DNA of 64,000 nucleotides from Laetmonice hystrix (Eukaryota), in assembly GCA_965235115.1 (NCBI GenBank), contig OZ249447.1:7564001-7628000 (forward strand). Reading direction: 5' to 3'. The translations under genes were made by a program, and so were the position numbers. The notes under the pieces were generated by a model that saw only the letters and a program-made list of their open reading frames with translations, had not been told where the DNA came from and ran no database searches. Below are positions 26,119 to 39,308 of the stretch, piece after piece (the first letter of the stretch is position 1; each line of letters begins with the position of its first letter).

Positions 26119-26819
26119 TCAGAACTGGCCAATGTAAGCCATTACTCATCATGAAGCTATGAAGCTAAGCTTGGAACCATCACTTTTCATTGTTACGCTT
26201 TGCCAGCCTGTCGTGCAAGGCTATGAGCTAATTATAATGCAGGGTACTTCAACATAATGATATAAAAGTGCTATTTGATAAAACTAAGAACATACATGTA
26301 GACCTATTATGATGTGAAATAAAGTTTGTAATCACAATGTTCTATGAGATATTGTGTTATACCTAACATTTGGTCCTTTGAAAAGTAGGCCCTATATCTA
26401 TAGGGCCTAGGCCTATTGATGCCTAGAGGTCTATAATTTAAAACGTGTTTTTTTATTCAAGTTATGGCACGTTACCATATATCGCCATTCTTTCACATAG
26501 CTGAGTCTGAGAGATTGGTATGTTGTACGCCTATATGCCCACAGATACAATAGATTTCTTTTCCATAGATAGACATACAATAGATATACAATGACTCGTC
26601 AAAATTATGGGAATGCTGCATTTTGCTTTTGCCGCAACTTGCATCATTAGTTATAAAACAAGTCTGTTTACATAGGCTTACTGGAGTTCTCTTCTGGAGA
26701 TTCCCGGTGTAGATCTCTGATGTTATCCGGAAAGGAAGCTGGTGGAGGGGAATTTGACGACTATTAGGCCATCTAGTGGTGGGACCTTGAACTAGAGGAG
26801 CCGTATACGGCGTACCGAT

Positions 26820-26838
26820 CGTGGCGCTCAGCGATTGG
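26820..26838 (-). promoter_or_regulatory. ER stress response element (ERSE, CCAAT-N9-CCACG) upstream of CRELD
   Basis: The plus strand reads CGTGG-cgctcagcg-ATTGG, an exact match with 9-nt spacing, 572 bp upstream of the ATG. A candidate non-coding first exon ends at the donor gag|gtaata (26895) and would splice to the acceptor at 27390. Confidence 0.75.
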
Positions 26839-27196
26839 CTATTAACATCTGATGAGCCGGGTGTGATGCTGGCGTAGAAAGTTGACGTGCTTGAGGTAAT
26901 AACTATCAGTTTTACTAACTAAATGCGGCATATACGGTCGTATAGATTTACACTGACGTAAATGAGTTGTTAATGGACACGTGAATGGTATTTGTTGAGG
27001 TGTTGTTCCTGTTGGTTCGAGGATAACACCCCACCGGCGTGTGTACAGACCGAGTCCGAGTCGACAAATCAGTAACGTCCACATGTAGGGCCGGGGTGTC
27101 GTGGCTTCACCACCGGGCGGCAGGAGGCAAAACGGCCGGGTAGGCACGGACCGGCAACATAGGCCTGCAACTGCTGCACCCACAAACCAGAAATCT

Positions 27197-27215
27197 CGTG
27201 GACGTTTGCCATAGG
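27197..27215 (-). promoter_or_regulatory. Second ERSE-like motif (one mismatch)
   Basis: CGTGG-acgtttgcc-ATAGG. Confidence 0.35.
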
Positions 27216-27409
27216 GAAGGAGGCATATTCAGCTAAAGGGAAGGCCCATTCATTGGATTTAATTAAGACCGAATACACAATTCACCGATATAAGAACTGT
27301 GAGTTTGCACTGCCACTACTGCTGGATTACCCCCGACTGTCACTGAACGACTGTCATTGAGTTGGGACTGTCATTGAGTTGGCATTGCAGATCTAGTAAA
27401 ACTTTAAAA

Positions 27410-30400
27410 ATGATTGTGCATTTTGGAAATTGTGGTTTCCAATTAAAGATTTCAGTAGAGGGTGTATTACTCTTACTAGTAATATTAGTAGCCTCATCCG
27501 TTGAAGCGAGAGAAAGCAAAGCAAAATGTGCTGTTTGTCAAGAAATCTCAAGCAAGTTTTTAGAGGTAGGTTCTATTTTTGAAAATATGATACATTAATT
27601 ATTTCATATGAGTTTTACTATTAGGATCCCCGTTAGAATCTGTATTTTACTTTGACCTTCCAACAATTCACAACAGAAAAATATTTATTGAAATATGCAA
27701 CATGAATTTGAGTTTTAAATCTATCGGTATAACTGAAGTCCAAAGCTATTTCATAATGATTGAAGATCATTTGATAAGGTTTGTGCTTTTTGTACAGGGT
27801 TTAAAAAAGACAGCAAAATCAAATTTTGGAGGAGGTAATACACGATGGGAGGAGAAGAGTTTAGGAAGCTACCAATACAGGTAAAGTTGACTTTCACAGT
27901 ATTGAATTCTATTATTTCATGTTCAGTATGATTATGATATAATATCTTGTATTTTTTTAAAAGGTGGACAGTAGATAGAAAACTAAGAAAAACTTGACAG
28001 TTCTGCATATATATTCACTTAGGAAATATTAACAGTCCGTATATAAAATGTGATTTCTCGGTTGTATTTGCAGTGAGACACGCTTGATAGAGATAACAGA
28101 AATGCTTTGCCAAGACTCCAATTCAGATGTAAGTTATAAAGATATGAATCGCTTATTTCAGCTGGTTTACTTATTCACTGAATAACCTTCCTTTTTTCAA
28201 TTCTAGGAGTATCAGTATAAGGCTTGAATAGACATTGTATATATTCAAACATCTTTCAAGTTGTACCCTCACTCAGTGTCGGTCTTTATAATATTGTTAT
28301 AGACAGTGCAAGAATATTTTGTTTTCTTTCCCCAAAGTGTCATAATTTCATGGAGATATGGGAAGAGAAGATGGAAGAGTGGTGGTTTAAACATTTTGCA
28401 AAAGGAAAGGACAGAAATTTCTTTGAATACTTCTGTATTCAGCTTACTAAAGGTAAGGGTAGCAATAGCAGATTAGATTGACTTGATTGTAATCCTGTAT
28501 TGACATTTCTGCTAACTTTGTATAGGGTCATATTACCGGTAATGAAAGGAGGTTGAAAATTTAACATTAAAATGATCCGTTGAAGGAGAACATGAGATAA
28601 ATAATGACGTAAGATATTTGTGAGGAACCAGTATGATCTGAATGTCATGTACATTTTTCAATGAGGAAATGCCTTGTTTACAATAGTGTGCTGTCCAGAC
28701 AATACCTATGGTCCAGACTGTGAGCCATGTCCAGGCAGTGCAGGAAGACCATGCAATGACAATGGAAAATGTAATGTGAGTAGTTCCTCCATCTTTAAAC
28801 CCCTGAAATCTGAAGTATCCCATGAAAACAATATTTTGGTAGGATTTGCACAGAACATCCAAATTTACATAGAGAACTTACTTTGTCAAGTTGAAAGGTT
28901 CTTGCTGAATGTAGATTCCAGAACATGGAAAGTTCTAGAAAAGTCTGTATTTTACTGGCTTGAATTATTCTGACAGATCAGATAAAAATGTGACACCTTA
29001 TGTCGTTTTGTTTCAGGGTGCTGGCACCAGAGAAGGCACGGGAAAGTGTGAGTGTAACGAGGCCTACGATGGTGATCTATGTGATGATTGCAAAGAAGGC
29101 TTCTATGAAGAAATGCGAAATGAAACCCATGTGACCTGTGGAAGTATGATAAGCTTCTCATTATTCATTGTAAATAAAGGAATAACAGTAATGATTTAAA
29201 GGAACATAAAGGTACGGGGTATTTGCTAAAATTAACAACAATGGATTTATATATAGATTGAATAAGCATATTAAGGGCAGGTAGAATTGTGTAGATTTAG
29301 TAATTCCCACAAAGGTTATTTCAACTTTTTCATCTAAATTGTCATGTTCAGTTTTTTCTAAAGTTTTGCTTCGAACAGAAAGCTATAGTTTTATTTTCAC
29401 ACATTTTAAAATTCTGATCCATCAACCCTTTTTTTGCAGAGTGCCATGAAGCATGTGATGGAGGCTGCCATAAGGAAGGGGCGGCTGGTTGCCATGACTG
29501 CAAGAAAGGCTGGAAGCAAGAAACTGATGATAGTTGTCAAGGTACATCTTGAATACTTTATATCAGATAGCCAGGATATGAGAGAAAATTGTGAAATGAA
29601 TTTTGTTCTCTCTTCAGATGAATACAAATTATACATGTAAAGGCAAATCTGAACTCTTTGTAAGGCGTTGGTCATATTTGTTGTTATTTCTTATCGTTGA
29701 TGTCATAATGTAAAATTATCCCTGGTTTTGTTATTTTCAGATATGGATGAGTGTGCTGAAGATACAGAAAACACTTTGTGTCAAGAAGACCAATACTGCA
29801 GCAACACTCCAGGATCATATAGATGTGAAGGTGAGTGTGAAATAGAAGTTTAATTCTGCAATATTCTGTGACATACCTTGGTAATATCTAAAGATCGAAA
29901 ACAGACACAGATGCGCCAAGTCTATTGGGTAAAAGGAAAAAGAAATCTATAATTCTAAATTTTTCAGAATGCAAAGATGGCTGTTCCAAATGTAGTGGAC
30001 CAGGCCCTGACAAGTGCACCGAGTGTAAGAAGTCTCATTATCAAGAAGATGGGGCTTGTAAACGTGAGTGTTTTATGACAACACCAAGTGTTCAGGTGTT
30101 CATTTCAACTCTTCTATTGGGTACTGCTTCTCGTAATATTTTGAATGTGTTGATTTACCATTTACTTTTAAAAAGAGAACTAAATTTATCAGACAAAGAT
30201 GCAAGTATTTTAAAAGGTGCTTAATACATCATCACCTTCCTTACCAGAATCATGATTGAGTTGACTTAAATAGTTTGTGTTAAGGTCAGTGATAACGCCT
30301 ATGTTATTGCAGTTTGTGACCCATCGTGTGAAGAGTCATGTTCGGGACCAGGACCCAAGGTCTGTGAGAAGTGTAGGAGTGGTTATAACATGGTGGATGA

Positions 30401-33400
30401 AGAAGGATGTCAAGGTATGGTTACAAGATGCAAACATCTACTTGTATTCATCATCTAACAGTACATACAGAAGTTTACTAGTTGACACTGGAATATAATA
30501 TAACCCTAAGACATCCTTGTAGTTACACATTTCCATAAGGGAATAGAAGGCTTGGGATGATTTCCAAAAATAATTTCAAGCAAACACTGGTAGGTCTTGT
30601 ACTGTGTATTTGTTTTGAACAATATAGGTGAATTTTAGCGCAGATAAGTTTTTTAAAGTTGATGACACTAGAGTGGTGTTACTTTAACTGTACAATTTAA
30701 CTTTTAAATGTATTTTACATTTACAACAGATATTATTGAATGTGGACAGGAGGAGCCTGTTTGTGATGAGGGCCAGTACTGCATCAATACTCAGGGCTCA
30801 TATTATTGCCGTAGTAAGTAGGGTAATTCTCCCTCATACCTAATAAGATGTGATTTAATCTGGTTACCGACATATTATCTGAACTCAACATGTAGCTGTA
30901 GGCCTTATAATGGTAGGAACAGAAGATATTGGGTATAAATGGCAAAGGCATTATCCTGTTGAAAAGCATAATAATCTGCAGTGTACGTATTGGGGATAAA
31001 TAATCTATTTTCATGTAGATCAATCAGGTCTTGTCTTATAGAATATTGAAGCATGTAATAAAAAAAAATCGCTATGATTTATAAAAGGAATTGTAGCCCT
31101 GCCTTATCATGCCTGAGGTATGTGGCCATGCTAGGTTTGTGTAGTTCTGATATCTGTAGTTAGGAGTTCCGTTCATATTTTAATTTTGTGTGTTGGTATT
31201 AAAAATCTGTGTTTTGTTTTCAAATGTTTCAGCATGTGACAAGGCATGTAAGAGATGTAAGGGTGAAGGTACTATGTGTGACGAGTGTGCCAGTGGTTAT
31301 CAGATAAAGGAAGGGACCATAGAATGTACAGGTGAGAATTAACAGCCCTCAGTAACCTGAGAACAGCTTTGAACAAATATTATCTGTACCTTGATGTCAT
31401 CATAGGGTTGAGAATCGGTTAAGAAAAAGAAATGAATTTAACAATCACTTACCTGCAAGGTGTTTTTAATTGTAAAGGTGTTTGTGGTTCCAGATATAGA
31501 CGAATGTTTAGGAGAGACAAAGGCATGCACGGGTGATAACGAGAAGTGTGTGAATACCATTGGAGGATACAGCTGTGACTGCAAGAAAGGATACATTCGG
31601 AGGGGAAGTAAATGTGAACTTCGCAAGAAAGGTGCATAAAATTGTTTAAATCATCACATTCTCTAGGTGGGGGGGGGGGGTTAAAATATTTTTGGAAAAG
31701 TTATATTTTCTGGTTTATTTGATAGAATTTGTAGAATTGTCGTTATTGTAAAGATTTCATGGAGACTTGTATGACTTCCATAGGTATCCTAATGTTATTT
31801 ATTGATTTTTTTTGTGGGTTTGTTATAATGATTGCCTGGTTACTTCCACAGTATCTGCAACCTACTCCAAGCAAGCGTGTGAAATATGCACTGGGATTGT
31901 GAACAAGTTTAAAGAGGCAAGTTTTCTATAGATGTGCCAGTTCTTTTCTTTAAAGGATAAAAAAACACTTTCTGTATAACTCCATCACAATCAATATTGA
32001 CATATAAAAATCTGTTATTTGTATTCACATTCTGTCCTATTTGTCCTGATCGTTGAATATGTTCTCAGGGATTGAAGAAAACAGACAAGCTGAACTTTGG
32101 TGGCGGTAACACCCAATGGGAGGAGAAACGTCTTGGCAATTTCGCTTACAGGTTTGTGAGGTTCAACTCTCCGGCAATCATTTTAAACCTTTTGTAATTT
32201 GTCCTTTCATGGCTGACTGAAGTCAGTGTATCCTGGTATCCACAGTGATCCTATCTTTATGTCAACTATTGTCAATTATACTCATATTATCTGCTATTTT
32301 GACCATGTGATATTTCAGCGAGACACGACTGGTAGAAATATCTGAGGGAATCTGTGATGACTCAGACAAAGATGTAAGTGGGATGTTACACTTTACCAAT
32401 CTTATGTCTTTCAAATATATATCAAGCTTGCCTTTGTCTGGTTGGATGCAAGACTCCATTTTTGAGAATTCATCTTTATTTTACCTTTTCAATGTAACAG
32501 GTAGGGATGAATCGGGGACAGCTGTGGAATGCCTGCCGCAGGTACAACGTTCATGAGTTTATGAAAACCTACTTTGATTTGTTATTTCAGTGTTACAAGA
32601 TGATGGAGACGAATGAACAGTTTCTTGAACAGTGGTGGTTTAAACACTTTGCTGAGCAAAAAGATACAGACCTGCATAGCTACTTTTGTGTCAATCGTGT
32701 AGAAGGTAGGTTGAAGCGTCAACATTGCTGGATCCCATTCCACAGTATTTGATATAAACATCGGCCATTCTATGTGAATTGGACAGAATTATGGAGACGG
32801 TCAACAACTGCGAAGAGTGTTGTAAAAAGTTATTGTTGGTTTAATTCAAGATTCAAGACTCATGGAGCACTGGTTTTTTTGCCTGATTTAATATGTTCCA
32901 TAATTTGGTTACAGCCTGCTGCCCTAAAGGGACGTTTGGATCATCCTGTACTGAATGCCAAGGTGGGAAGGAAAACCCATGCAGTGGAAACGGAAAATGT
33001 GATGTGAGTTCTGTACTGAAAGCAGTTTTCATTATTGATTATGCATATTCACATGCAGGCTTGTTTCAGGATTTGTAGAATATTAGATTTATTTTATATT
33101 TGTGAACAAATATTTCAGGGTGAAGGTACTCGGGAAGGTGGAGGAGCTTGTTCCTGTAATGATGGCTACACTGGCGATACCTGTGACCAGTGTGGAAAGA
33201 AATTTTATGAAGAACGGAATGAAACACACCTCCTTTGTAAAGGTAGGTTAACTTGTTTGTTAATTTGGCATTTTCTGTCACAGAGTCCTTGCCAAAAGAA
33301 CAGAAATAATTTCTTAAAAGCAATATGAATCATTTATATCAGACTACCCGTATATTGTGAAACCCTAAGAACCAAATTTTGACTATGAATTGTACAAATG

Positions 33401-36400
33401 TCATGTTCTGACCAGGTTCATGGAATTGACTTCTGTTATTTTTACATACAGACTGTGACGATGCCTGTGAAAGTTGCTGGGCAGAGGGTCCCGCTGGATG
33501 TCATGAATGTAGGTCAGGATGGACTAAGGATGAAGAGAAAGGATGTTTAGGTGAGTGAAAGATGTCACTAGAACTGGAACAGAGGAAAAGTTACAGAAAG
33601 ATTTGTGCCGTCCCTTGTTATTTCTGAAAATGATGTTTGATGGTGCGAGGGATGGTCAATGATAACCAAACTACTCTGTTACAGACAAGGACGAGTGTGC
33701 TGCTGAAGTGTGGCCGTGTAGTGAGAACCAGCATTGTGTTAACACAGACGGCTCCTTTAACTGCCAGAGTGAGTTAATACAAAACGTTCATTAGAGTTTC
33801 TCTTCAATTTCTCTCCAGTAGTATGAAGATAAAACCAGATATAACTGTTGACAAGAGAATAAGAATAATTTTTGTTTCAAAATACAGACGCCCTTCTAGC
33901 TTGATTCAAGATATTCTACATTAGAACTTTTCCCCGTCCCGTTATGGTAAAATATTTACGGTCTGTGATATTGTTGATTCCAGATTGTCACCCAGCTTGT
34001 AAAGGCTGCACTGGGCCTGGAAATGACATGTGTTCAGAGTGCAATAAACACTACTTCCCAGACTCAGGAAAATGTTTTGGTATGTTAACTCAAGCTAGTA
34101 TCTGAAAGTGGTAATAAATCTTTAAAAAAAAATTTCTTAAATGTAAATCTGAAAAAAGTGTTTATTGGCAGATGTGGTGAGACTGCTGTCACTTAGTAGA
34201 GGTAAGATTACTGTCATGGGTAAATGTTTCAGAATGCCATGAAGCGTGTGAAAGCTGCACCACAGGGGGCCAACAGGAGTGCACGGAATGTCGCAGTGGA
34301 TGGATCTATAAGGAGGGCGAGGGCTGCGTTGGTGAGCAGATTAAGTTAAACTCATTTGTAACTAAACTAATGTTGTCGTTTAAAGAAAGTCGTTATTTCA
34401 CACCAAATGCTAAGTAGTTTAGTCTTCCTTTTTTCTATTTCAATTATTCCATATTACAGTTTTCAATGAAAATCAGAGCATTGATTTTCAACAAGATAGA
34501 TAGGTGAGGTAAGAAATGAGTGTTGTATTTACAGATGTCAATGAATGTAGTCGTGAGGAGCAGCCGTGTACATCAGATGAATATTGTGTCAACTCACTAG
34601 GCTCGTACAGATGTCATGGTAGGTTTGCTAACTCAGGTATAATCTCAGTCATGAGATGAATATTGTGTCAACTCACTAGGCTCATACAGATGTCATGGTA
34701 GGTTTGCTAACTCAGGTATAATCTCAGTCATGAGATGAATATTGTGTCAACTCACTAGGCTCATACAGATGTCATGGTAGGTTTGCTAACTCAGGTATAA
34801 TTACGGTCTAAAGAGAAAAAAGTCATAAAATCATGTTTTGAATTCTCCCCAGATTTTAAGGACAGATAGAGGTTACAGGGCTCAGGCTTTCTCACTTGAC
34901 TTATGACCATAACTTTGTGCAGGCTATAAGAAAATTTAGATTAAGATTGTTCCAAGTATATTCAAATAGCTCTGGAGGTTCTATTGGCCAGTCTTACTGT
35001 ATTACTGTATCGTTACAGGTTGCCACACGGCCTGTCAAGGATGTAGCGGAGCAGGCAATGATAACTGCCAGAGTTGCTCGGTTGGCTATCAACATGAAGA
35101 GGGGGTATGTGCAGGTATGTAGATTCCAGCCATGGTAAAACGTAAAACTGTCTATCTGTCTTGAGAAGTGTTGGAAGTTTGTAATTTGATCTGGATGATA
35201 TATTTATAGTCATTGTGTTATCATACAGACATAGACGAGTGTTCAGCAGATGAAGTGTGTAAAGGAAGTGGTGAGACATGTTCCAACACCGTGGGAAGTT
35301 TCAAGTGTGATTGTGTTAGTGGATACGTTAAAAAAGATGGTGTCTGTACAAAGAAAACAAAAGGTAAGACAAATTGATAGTTTCTTGTGGGACAGTAACT
35401 TCTTTTTGTGGGACAGTAGCTTTAGATGTGTTGTGATAGTTTGCTCAGTATGTTTGCTATAGTTTGCTCTGTATATGTTAAAGATTTTATTATTGTACGA
35501 ATGAAATGTTGCTTCATGGTGAATCAATAATTTCCAGTACCGGTAATTAAAATATTGTCCAATGTTGCTAATAGGTGTTGAAACTAGCTTGAGTGTGACT
35601 TTCTGTGCATATGCATTCATGTTGTACCATCCGTTGTACTGGTACTTGATGCACATCCTAGTAATGGGGGCACCTGTTGGGTGCTGTATACTGGCAGACA
35701 TAAAAAATGGATACTTGACATGTGTAAGCATGAAGAAGTTTCTGTATGATTGTTATAGGTTATCATGTCTGTGTAAAATGTGTGAACAATTGCAAATGAA
35801 CCCAAGTGAGCAGATAGGAATGACTGCACATTAAATACTGACAATAAATGATTGAACAACCAGGCGTGCTATTAACACTAAAAACGTGAACAAAATGTTA
35901 GGGGGGAATTTAGAATACTGGCTGTAACTTGAGTTACCTGACACCCAGCCAGGGAAACATTTCTCAATATTAAATATCAAAATAGACTTTACTGCTATTG
36001 TGTTTGATATTTAGGGATTTAGGAATATGGATTGGAAACTTGAAATCATTTAGTTATAATCAGGCATATGTTCCCCCAAGCAAATGGAGCATGTGATTGC
36101 TTTGTGTTGCGAGATACTGAGTGACTGTATGTAATGTCCAATGCCTTGCAGAATATTTGGGTTTTCATTTAACTAAAATTCCAAAAGAAAGTCCCAATTG
36201 GCAGATTGGTGTCTGTGTTTATGTTGTAATTTCTTACAAGTGCTAGTGCTCATTTCTTTCAACTTATAATTCATAGCAGATTTAGTGTCAGCAACTGAAT
36301 AAATGTGAATAGATGTTCGATAGCCAACCAAAGTGTTAGTGACAGTGGCCTGTCTCCCGTTTGTCTTGTAGATTCTACAAAGACAAAGGCTAAACAGAGC

Positions 36401-36649
36401 AAACAGAGTAATGGCAGAACAGGCAGACCCAGGGCCCAACCCCCAGACTTGAAGAAAAAGAGGAAGACGAAGAAAGACCAAAGCCATGAACACCTAAAGT
36501 ATTTCTCATCCCTGCTTGGCTATGCCTTGGTGGGATATTTCCTGAGAAAAAGCTGGGTGGCTCAGCTGGTGTTTAGTTGTACTTTCTGGATATATCTTTA
36601 TTGGTTTAGCTTGAGGTTTGAGAAAGCTAAACCAAAGTTTACCATGTAG
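27410..36649 (+). CDS. CRELD: CRELD family protein with two tandem DUF3456-EGF-furin/cbEGF modules; transmembrane (CRELD1-like) isoform, ~945 aa
   Basis: Module 1 exons: 27410-27565, 27798-27880, 28074-28128, 28338-28452, 28687-28775, 29017-29143, 29440-29541, 29741-29830, 29968-30063, 30313-30414, 30730-30813, 31233-31331, 31494-31631. Module 2 exons: 31852-31916 (GC donor), 32069-32151, 32319-32373, 32591-32705, 32915-33003, 33119-33242, 33452-33550, 33685-33768, 33984-34079, 34233-34331, 34535-34618, 35019-35114, 35229-35363. Terminal exon 36372-36649 has two hydrophobic segments. The hallmark NFGGGNTxWEEK..YSETRL.E occurs twice. The exon sum of 2838 nt is in frame. Confidence 0.93.
34577..34800 (+). 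repeat. 79-bp tandem repeat, ~3 copies, spanning a CRELD exon end and donor
   Basis: Unit atgaatattgtgtcaactcactaggctc(g/a)tacagatgtcatg|gtaggtttgctaactcaggtataatctcagtcatgag. Confidence 0.92.
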
Positions 36650-39126
36650 ACATTGGCTCCAGGAGCTGCCGTTTTGGCCTGTCATAAATTTCTTTCTTCT
36701 TCATTATCATTTCATATCATGACTGAAAGGAACATGCAAGCCCAGGGCATGTTTGGTATGTCTGAGTGGGTGACAGCATTAGTCTCACTGTTAGAGAGTG
36801 AGATAAAAAAGATTTAATGATAACTCGTTGTCATATCTAGTCAGTCGTCTTGTTAGTACCCTCCATTGCAGGTGTACTTTTGTATTATACAGTTGTACAA
36901 TATTGTACAATGTTGTACCATATTGTACAATGCCTCCAGCTAGGCAGTATGTGTGTTAAAAACGAACGTATGAACAATTGTTTTGACCAGTTTCATCTTC
37001 TCTCATTTGTCAGGCAGAGTCATGGGAATCATACCTTTAAGTCATATTTTGAAGGGAGTTAAAGGGAATAGGAGGGTGCAACACAGTACGACTTATCAAA
37101 GTGTAGTTCACCAGGCATCTGGTCCAAGCATATGCACCTGTGTTTAAGTATGAAAGAGATAGGTTAATTATATAGGCCTAAGGCTTGAAGTCCTAAAAAC
37201 CATCGTTAGATTATCTACTGCATGTAAAGAGCTAAAGGTACTAGCAAGACAAATTGGCACAAGACATTATATGAATGTCTATAAGTAACTTCGTGTACCG
37301 TTATTTTACAGGAAGTTCCATGTTATGAAAGCTGGTTTTCTTGTGTGGTTTTTTTTTTAGCCTTGAATTCGAGATTGATGACTGATAAATCATAGTCCCA
37401 GGGCATACTTATGGCGACCCCCAAAGTGGAATTGAAAATCAATGGTTTTGCTTGATTTTTTCTGTCTAACGAATCACCCACTGCTAAGTAGCTAAATGTT
37501 GCAGATATATGCTCTGATGCTGCCGGAATATGTTAAAATATTCCATGGTCAGTGTTTACTAAAAAAGGCTGAACTATTCTACATGGGGAAACCGTTTGAC
37601 ACAAGTGGTACATGTACACATTATCATAAAGAAAGGAAACTTTGACGTTTTATTTGAGTTGGGTTCATTACGATACTAAACCAGTCACATGACCACAGGT
37701 GACCAGCATGCTTGAGGTGATCAAGTTTGTCAGGGGCAGACCAAGAAGGGGTAGGGTGAGGGGGGCACACAAGTGTTCCCACGCATGGGGTAAAGGGAGG
37801 GCTCACTGATTGGTTAAACCTTTTTGTTGGAGGCTGAGGATGCAGTGAAAGCGGTCCTTTTGAATCGTGATACCATGGATAGTCTGTGTCAAGATGACTG
37901 CCCAGGGCAAGCATAAATATTAAAACATCGTATGGGAAGTTCATTCACTTGAAGAGACTCAGAGAGCCATTGTTGGAGTCGGTGATGAATTATGTTTTGA
38001 AATATTGGAATTTGTATAATGTCTACAGCGCGTATCGTACTTGTAGACAAATGTATTAACAATTATACAGGTAGCTGAACCAATTTTAAATCTTTTGTGA
38101 ATGTGAGTCAGCTGTAGAGTTGACTGGCTCCTTCGTCTAGTGTAACAGCACAGTGTCAGTAGGCCTCATGAAATGTGGCTCGTTACAGACAATCGAGGGA
38201 ACTGTAAAAACCATTTTATGTGCCTTAAAGTTTTTTTAGAAGGCGATGGGTTCATTTGTGTAGGTGAATCAGGAAAGTGTAGTTTGTGTGAGTGTGAAAA
38301 ATATTCCTCGTGATTCTGCTTCAGGAGAAAAACTAGATACGATAATGGGATCGGCACTATGTCTTGCTCATCTTTCTTTTGAGATTGTGTTTTTTCCTGT
38401 CTTTTGTTCTGCCGCCTGTTTGTATATCACAAAAATAAAAGACTTTTGTTTACGTACTATAATAATAGTATGCCAAACAGTCCTTGTCATTCTCTGGCGT
38501 TAAAAAGGGAGTTTCCATCCTTAAGACGGGCAGCTTCAGGATATTGCTACAGAGTCGCTCCACCATAGAACTAGGATAATGCTGACCTTACGTATATAAG
38601 AAGCCTAGTCACCGGTCCTGAGAAAGTACCTCTGAACAATCACATTTTGTACCTATAATAAACGTGATTGTTTCCCTACACGGTAACAAACGTATCAGTT
38701 TTGTTGTGTTCGTCCGCGTGAGCAGATGGGTGCTATTCTGAGGTTGGACACACAAAAACATTGTCTTCCATGTCCCTTGGTAACCGTAATAATACTAAGC
38801 CGTGGATTGGGAAAGATATCCCCATCGTCGGAAATAGGTACACTATTGAATTTTAGTGGTGGTTGTACAAAAAAGGTTTTCAAATCTCGATACAAAATGT
38901 GGTGCGAGATGTCCTATTGGTACTTGCGAATCGGTTTGGTAGGTATAGGTATACATGTAATAAGATATTTCTCAAATTGTTGACAGGGGTTTTGTGAGGA
39001 AATACATGATACCAAAACATATTCTCAACTTCTTTTACCTTCTTCCATCCCCTATAATACGTATGAAATTCAGAAAGAAATAGAAAATTACACATCATCT
39101 TTCTACCGGTATATTTTCTATGACAG

Positions 39127-39308
39127 GAAAAAAGGGGAAGGGGAAGAAACGGAAAAAGTCCAAGGATTCAGCAGAGAAAAGCAAGGAGCCACCAAAACCC
39201 AGTATTCCAGGAATTGACAACGACATGTTCATAGACGCATCGACCGCCTCAGCCGACCAGGTGGCTGAGAAAATACAGAAGATAATGAGAGACAAGGTTG
39301 AGTTATGA
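39127..39308 (+). CDS. CRELD: Alternative terminal exon of CRELD encoding a soluble tail ending in the KDEL-like KVEL* (isoform ~913 aa)
   Basis: The acceptor ttttctatgacag is in phase 1, matching the donor at 35363. It encodes GKKGKGKKRKKSKD...KIQKIMRDKVEL* with no hydrophobic segment. Confidence 0.75.
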
